Both the position numbers and the translations under genes were made by a program. The notes under the pieces were generated by a model. It ran no database searches. It worked only from the letters and a program-made list of their open reading frames with translations, and was not told where the DNA came from. From an uncultured Acidobacteriota bacterium (lineage in GTDB: Bacteria > Acidobacteriota > Thermoanaerobaculia > Multivoradales > UBA5704), in NCBI GenBank assembly GCA_963770895.1, contig CAVYRF010000002.1, forward strand, positions 576,001-640,000: a DNA stretch of 64,000 nt. The letters are read 5' to 3'. Positions 60,503 to 64,000 of this stretch are shown piece after piece. The first letter of the stretch is position 1. Every line of letters begins with the position of its first letter.

Positions 60503-61312
60503 TCAGCCCTTGACCAGCAGCGCGACCACGATGACCGCCGCCAGCGCCAGCCGGTAGATCGCGAAGACCGCCAGCCGCCGCCGGCGCACCCACCCCAGCA
60601 GCCAGCCGATCACCAGGTATCCCACGGCGCCCGACACCACGACGGCGATGAGGATCGGCGCCATGTCGTGGCGCAGGGCGCCGCTGCGCCACAGCTTCAG
60701 CAGGTCGTGGCCGCCAGCCAGCACGCCCACCGGGATGAACAGCAGAAAGGCGAACCGCGCTGCCGCCTCGCGGCTGAAACCGAGCAGCAGCGCCGCGGTG
60801 ATGGTGATGCCCGACCGCGAGGTGCCGGGCACCAGCGCCAGCGCCTGGGCCAGGCCGATGATGGCGGCGGCGCGCAGGCCCAGGTCGGCCAGCGGATGCT
60901 CCTCGCGGGCCACGCGATCGGCCAGCAGCAGCAGCAGGCCGTAGAACGCCGTGGTCCCCGCGATCAGCAGCGGCGAGCGCAGGTTCTCTTCGATCTTCGC
61001 CGCAAAGGCCAGGCCGGCCAGGGCCGCCGGGATGGTGCCGACGATCAGCGCCCAGCCCAGCCGGCGCGGCGCGAAGTCATAGCGTCCGGCGGCGCCGGTG
61101 AAGAAGCCGCCCACCAGGTCCACCAGCTCGCGGCGGAAGTAGGCGATGACGGCAAGCGCGGTGCCGAAATGGGCGGCGACGTCGAACGCCAGCCCCTGGT
61201 CGGGCCAGCCCAGGAAGTACGGCACCAGGATGAGATGGCCGGAGGAGCTGATCGGCAGGAATTCGGTGACTGCCTGGATCAGCGACAGCACCACGGCATG
61301 CAATGGGCTCAA
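60503..61312 (-). CDS. uppP: undecaprenyl-diphosphate phosphatase
   Basis: Q..TEFLPISSSGHL, Q..A..PG.SRSG.T; TTG start with GGGGGA RBS. Confidence 0.93.
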   Translation of the reverse strand: MSPLHAVVLSLIQAVTEFLPISSSGHLILVPYFLGWPDQGLAFDVAAHFGTALAVIAYFRRELVDLVGGFFTGAAGRYDFAPRRLGWALIVGTIPAALAGLAFAAKIEENLRSPLLIAGTTAFYGLLLLLADRVAREEHPLADLGLRAAAIIGLAQALALVPGTSRSGITITAALLLGFSREAAARFAFLLFIPVGVLAGGHDLLKLWRSGALRHDMAPILIAVVVSGAVGYLVIGWLLGWVRRRRLAVFAIYRLALAAVIVVALLVKG

Positions 61313-61450
61313 GGTATCTCCCCCGTCGGCAGGCGGCGGCCCCGCCAGGTGGGGCCGGCCGGCGGGGATTGTATATACTTCCAGCGGTAAAGCCGCGTGT
61401 GCCGGCGCCGGCACGCAAACCCCAATCCTCGGACCTCCAGGGCACCCCTC

Positions 61451-62548
61451 ATGCAGACCCTTCTCGTTACCGGCGGCGCCGGGTTCATCGGCTGCAATTT
61501 CGTGCGGCTGGCCCTGGCCCAGACGGATTTTCAGGTTGTCGTGTTCGACAAGCTCACCTACGCCGGCAGCCGCGAAAACCTCGCCGACGTGGCACACGAC
61601 CCCCGCTTCGACTTCGTCACCGGCGACATCGCCGATCGCGCCGCGGTGCGCCGCGTCTACGCCGAGCGCCGTCCCGCCGCGGTGGTCAACTTCGCCGCCG
61701 AAAGCCACGTGGACCGCTCGATCGACGACGCCAGCGCGTTTATCCAGACCAACATCGTCGGCGCTTTCGAGCTGCTCGAAGGGGCGCGCCAATATCTTGC
61801 GGGGCTGGCGGGGCCGGCGGCGGCCCAGGAGCGCGAGCGCTTCCGCTTTCTGCACGTCTCGACCGACGAGGTGTACGGCAGTCTGGGCCCGCAGGGCGCC
61901 TTCAGCGAAACCACCGCCTACGCTCCCAACTCGCCTTACGCCGCCTCCAAGGCGAGCGCCGACCACCTGGTGCGCGCCTACCGCGAAACCCACGGCCTGC
62001 CGGCGCTGCTCACCAACTGCTCCAACAACTACGGCCCCTACCAGTACCCGGAAAAGCTGATCCCGCTGATGGTGATGAACGCCGTCGAAGGCCGCTCGCT
62101 CCCCATCTACGGCGACGGCGGCAACGTGCGCGACTGGCTGTACGTCGACGACCACTGCCGCGGCCTGCTGGCGGTGCTGCAAAACGGCAAGCCCGGCGAA
62201 AAGTACAACCTGGGCGGACGCAGCGAGCGCACCAACCTGCAGATCGTCGACACGCTGTGCGACGTGCTCGAGCGCGAGCTGCCGGCCGCCGCCAATCCCG
62301 CCCTCGCGGCGCGCGGCGCGTCGTCCTATCGCGATCTGAAGACCTTCGTCGCCGACCGGCCCGGACACGACCGGCGCTACGCCATCGACGACGACAAGGT
62401 GCGGCGCGAACTGGCCTGGCAGCCGCGCCACGACTTCGAGAACGGCATCGCCGCCACCGTCCGCTGGTACCTCGATCACCGCGACTGGTGCACCGCCGTG
62501 CAGGCGGACCGCTATCGCCGCGAGCGGCTCGGCCTGGGGGCGGCATGA
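61451..62548 (+). CDS. rfbB: dTDP-glucose 4,6-dehydratase
   Basis: TGGAGFIG, DKLTYAG, AAESHVDRS, STDEVYG, PY.ASK, DRPGHD.RY. Confidence 0.96.
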   Translation: MQTLLVTGGAGFIGCNFVRLALAQTDFQVVVFDKLTYAGSRENLADVAHDPRFDFVTGDIADRAAVRRVYAERRPAAVVNFAAESHVDRSIDDASAFIQTNIVGAFELLEGARQYLAGLAGPAAAQERERFRFLHVSTDEVYGSLGPQGAFSETTAYAPNSPYAASKASADHLVRAYRETHGLPALLTNCSNNYGPYQYPEKLIPLMVMNAVEGRSLPIYGDGGNVRDWLYVDDHCRGLLAVLQNGKPGEKYNLGGRSERTNLQIVDTLCDVLERELPAAANPALAARGASSYRDLKTFVADRPGHDRRYAIDDDKVRRELAWQPRHDFENGIAATVRWYLDHRDWCTAVQADRYRRERLGLGAA

Positions 62549-63114
62549 AGTTCACCGCCACCGCGATCCCCGGCGTCGTCCTGGTGGAGACGCCGGTCTT
62601 CCGCGACGCCCGCGGCTTCTTCCTGCAGACCTACCACACCGAAAGGTTCGCGCAGGCCGGCCTGCCGCCCGTCTTCGTCCAGGACAACCATTCGTATTCG
62701 GCGCGGCAGGGCATCGTGCGCGGCATGCACGCGCAGCTCAACCGGCCGCAGGGCAAGCTGGTGCGGGCGGTGACGGGACAAGTCTTCGACGTCGCCGTCG
62801 ATCTGCGGCCCGACTCGCCGGCCTTCGGCACCTGGGTCGGGGAGGTGCTGTCGGGCGACAACTTCCGCCAGCTCTACGTGCCGCCCGGCTGCGCCCACGG
62901 CTTCTTCGTGATCAGCGACACCGCCCACGTCGAGTACAAGTGCACCGACCTGTACGCCCCCGAAGACGAGATCGGCCTGCTGTGGAACGACCCCGAAGTC
63001 GGCATCCGCTGGCCCGGCCAGGACGCCCACCTGAACGACCGCGACCGCACCTGGCCGCGGCTGAGCGAGCTCGCGCCGCGGCTGGCGCCGTACCGCGGGC
63101 TCATGGATCGATGA
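62545..63114 (+). CDS. rfbC: dTDP-4-dehydrorhamnose 3,5-epimerase
   Basis: F.D.RGFF, QDNHS, RG.H, QGKLVR, DVAVDLR, PG.AHGF, WNDP. Confidence 0.95.
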   Translation: MKFTATAIPGVVLVETPVFRDARGFFLQTYHTERFAQAGLPPVFVQDNHSYSARQGIVRGMHAQLNRPQGKLVRAVTGQVFDVAVDLRPDSPAFGTWVGEVLSGDNFRQLYVPPGCAHGFFVISDTAHVEYKCTDLYAPEDEIGLLWNDPEVGIRWPGQDAHLNDRDRTWPRLSELAPRLAPYRGLMDR

Positions 63115-64000
63115 GCGAGCCGCACCCCTTCACCGCCGAAGACCACCGCCAGATGGAGCGGCTGGGGGTGGCGCCCGACCAGGCGCGGCGCCACCTGGAG
63201 CTGTTGCGCAACCCACCGCCCTTCACCCGCGTGCTGCGGCCGTGCGGCGCCGGCGACGGCATCCTTGAGGTCGCGCCCGATCAGGAGCGCGCCCTGGCCG
63301 CCCGCTTCGACGCCGCCGCCGGCGGCGGCCGCATCCACAAGCTGGTGCCGGCGTCGGGCGCGGCGTCGCGGATGTTCAAGCCGCTGCAAAGCTATCTCGA
63401 CCAGCTGGTGCGCGACGGCCATGCTCCCGGCACGCCTGGCGCATCCGCCGGCCACCGCGGCGGGGCGGCGGCGCCGCCGCCCGCCGCTCCCAGCGCCGAC
63501 GCACGTACGTTCTTCGGCGCGCTGCCGCAGATGCCCTTCTTTGCCGAGCTGGCCAGGGCCGCCGCCACCCTCGGCATCCGCCTGGCGCCCGGCCGCACCA
63601 GCCTCGCCGACCTGAGCGCTTCCGAGCAGGTGATGGTCCTGTCGTGCCTGCTGGCGGCGCCTGGCCCGGCGTGCCCGCACGGCCTTGGCATGAGCGAGCG
63701 GCCCAAGGGGCTCATCCCCTTTCACCGCTACCGCGAAGGCGAGCGCACGCCGTTCGAAGAGCACCTGGTGGAGGCCGCCGAAACCACGCGCGACAGCGAC
63801 GGCGTGTGCCGCGTGCACCTCACCGTGTCGCACCATCACGAAGCGGGCTTCCGCGCGGTGCTGAACGGGCGCGGCGCCGCCCTGGCCAACCGCCTGCGCT
63901 GCAGCTTCCAGGTCGAGCTGTCGCACCAGAGCCGCTCGACCGACACCCTGGCAGTCGATCCCGACCATCGCCCGTTCCGGCTGGCCGACGGCTCGCTGCT
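63111..64000 (+). CDS. DUF4301-family protein (partial, runs off the window)
   Basis: Hand translation MSEPHPFTAEDHRQMERLG...GDGI...KLVPASGAASRMFK...PKGLIPFH.Y....TPFEEHLVE; ATGA overlap with rfbC. Confidence 0.8.
   Translation, partial: MSEPHPFTAEDHRQMERLGVAPDQARRHLELLRNPPPFTRVLRPCGAGDGILEVAPDQERALAARFDAAAGGGRIHKLVPASGAASRMFKPLQSYLDQLVRDGHAPGTPGASAGHRGGAAAPPPAAPSADARTFFGALPQMPFFAELARAAATLGIRLAPGRTSLADLSASEQVMVLSCLLAAPGPACPHGLGMSERPKGLIPFHRYREGERTPFEEHLVEAAETTRDSDGVCRVHLTVSHHHEAGFRAVLNGRGAALANRLRCSFQVELSHQSRSTDTLAVDPDHRPFRLADGSL

Overview
High-GC bacterial chromosomal window. It is probably Acidobacteriota, Thermoanaerobaculia-like (inferred from an ADOP-type orphan permease, TamAB and the style of the small leader peptides). 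Most of it is housekeeping: an esterase/ATP-grasp/ligase operon, SSADH, a selenocysteine formate dehydrogenase operon (UGA plus SECIS, with a +1 frameshift), yihY-tamA-tamB, ddl, serA and an aminotransferase, moaC/namZ, HU, fmt-rsmB, tRNA-Val/Asp-rpmG, sodA, tRNA-Met-tilS-ftsH-folP-cdaA-cdaR-glmM, vapBC, an NtrC-type regulator, recD2, an ECF sigma/anti-sigma operon, uppP and rfbB/rfbC. The most notable non-standard signals are: (1) three dispersed orphan RiPP-like precursor genes that share an MKK..L.L.RETL..L...GG leader and have unrelated Cys/Ser/Thr-rich cores, with no modifying enzyme in the window; (2) a candidate ~290-nt structured transcript with an 18-nt complement of the 16S rRNA 3' end, a 14-codon ORF and its own terminator; (3) a candidate short sRNA with CU-rich anti-SD motifs; (4) a tandem stack of CTAG-bounded inverted-repeat elements; (5) a membrane pseudokinase with 41-aa repeats; (6) intergenic tandem arrays and low-complexity insertions in essential enzymes. 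All calls come from reading the sequence and motifs only; no database searches were run.
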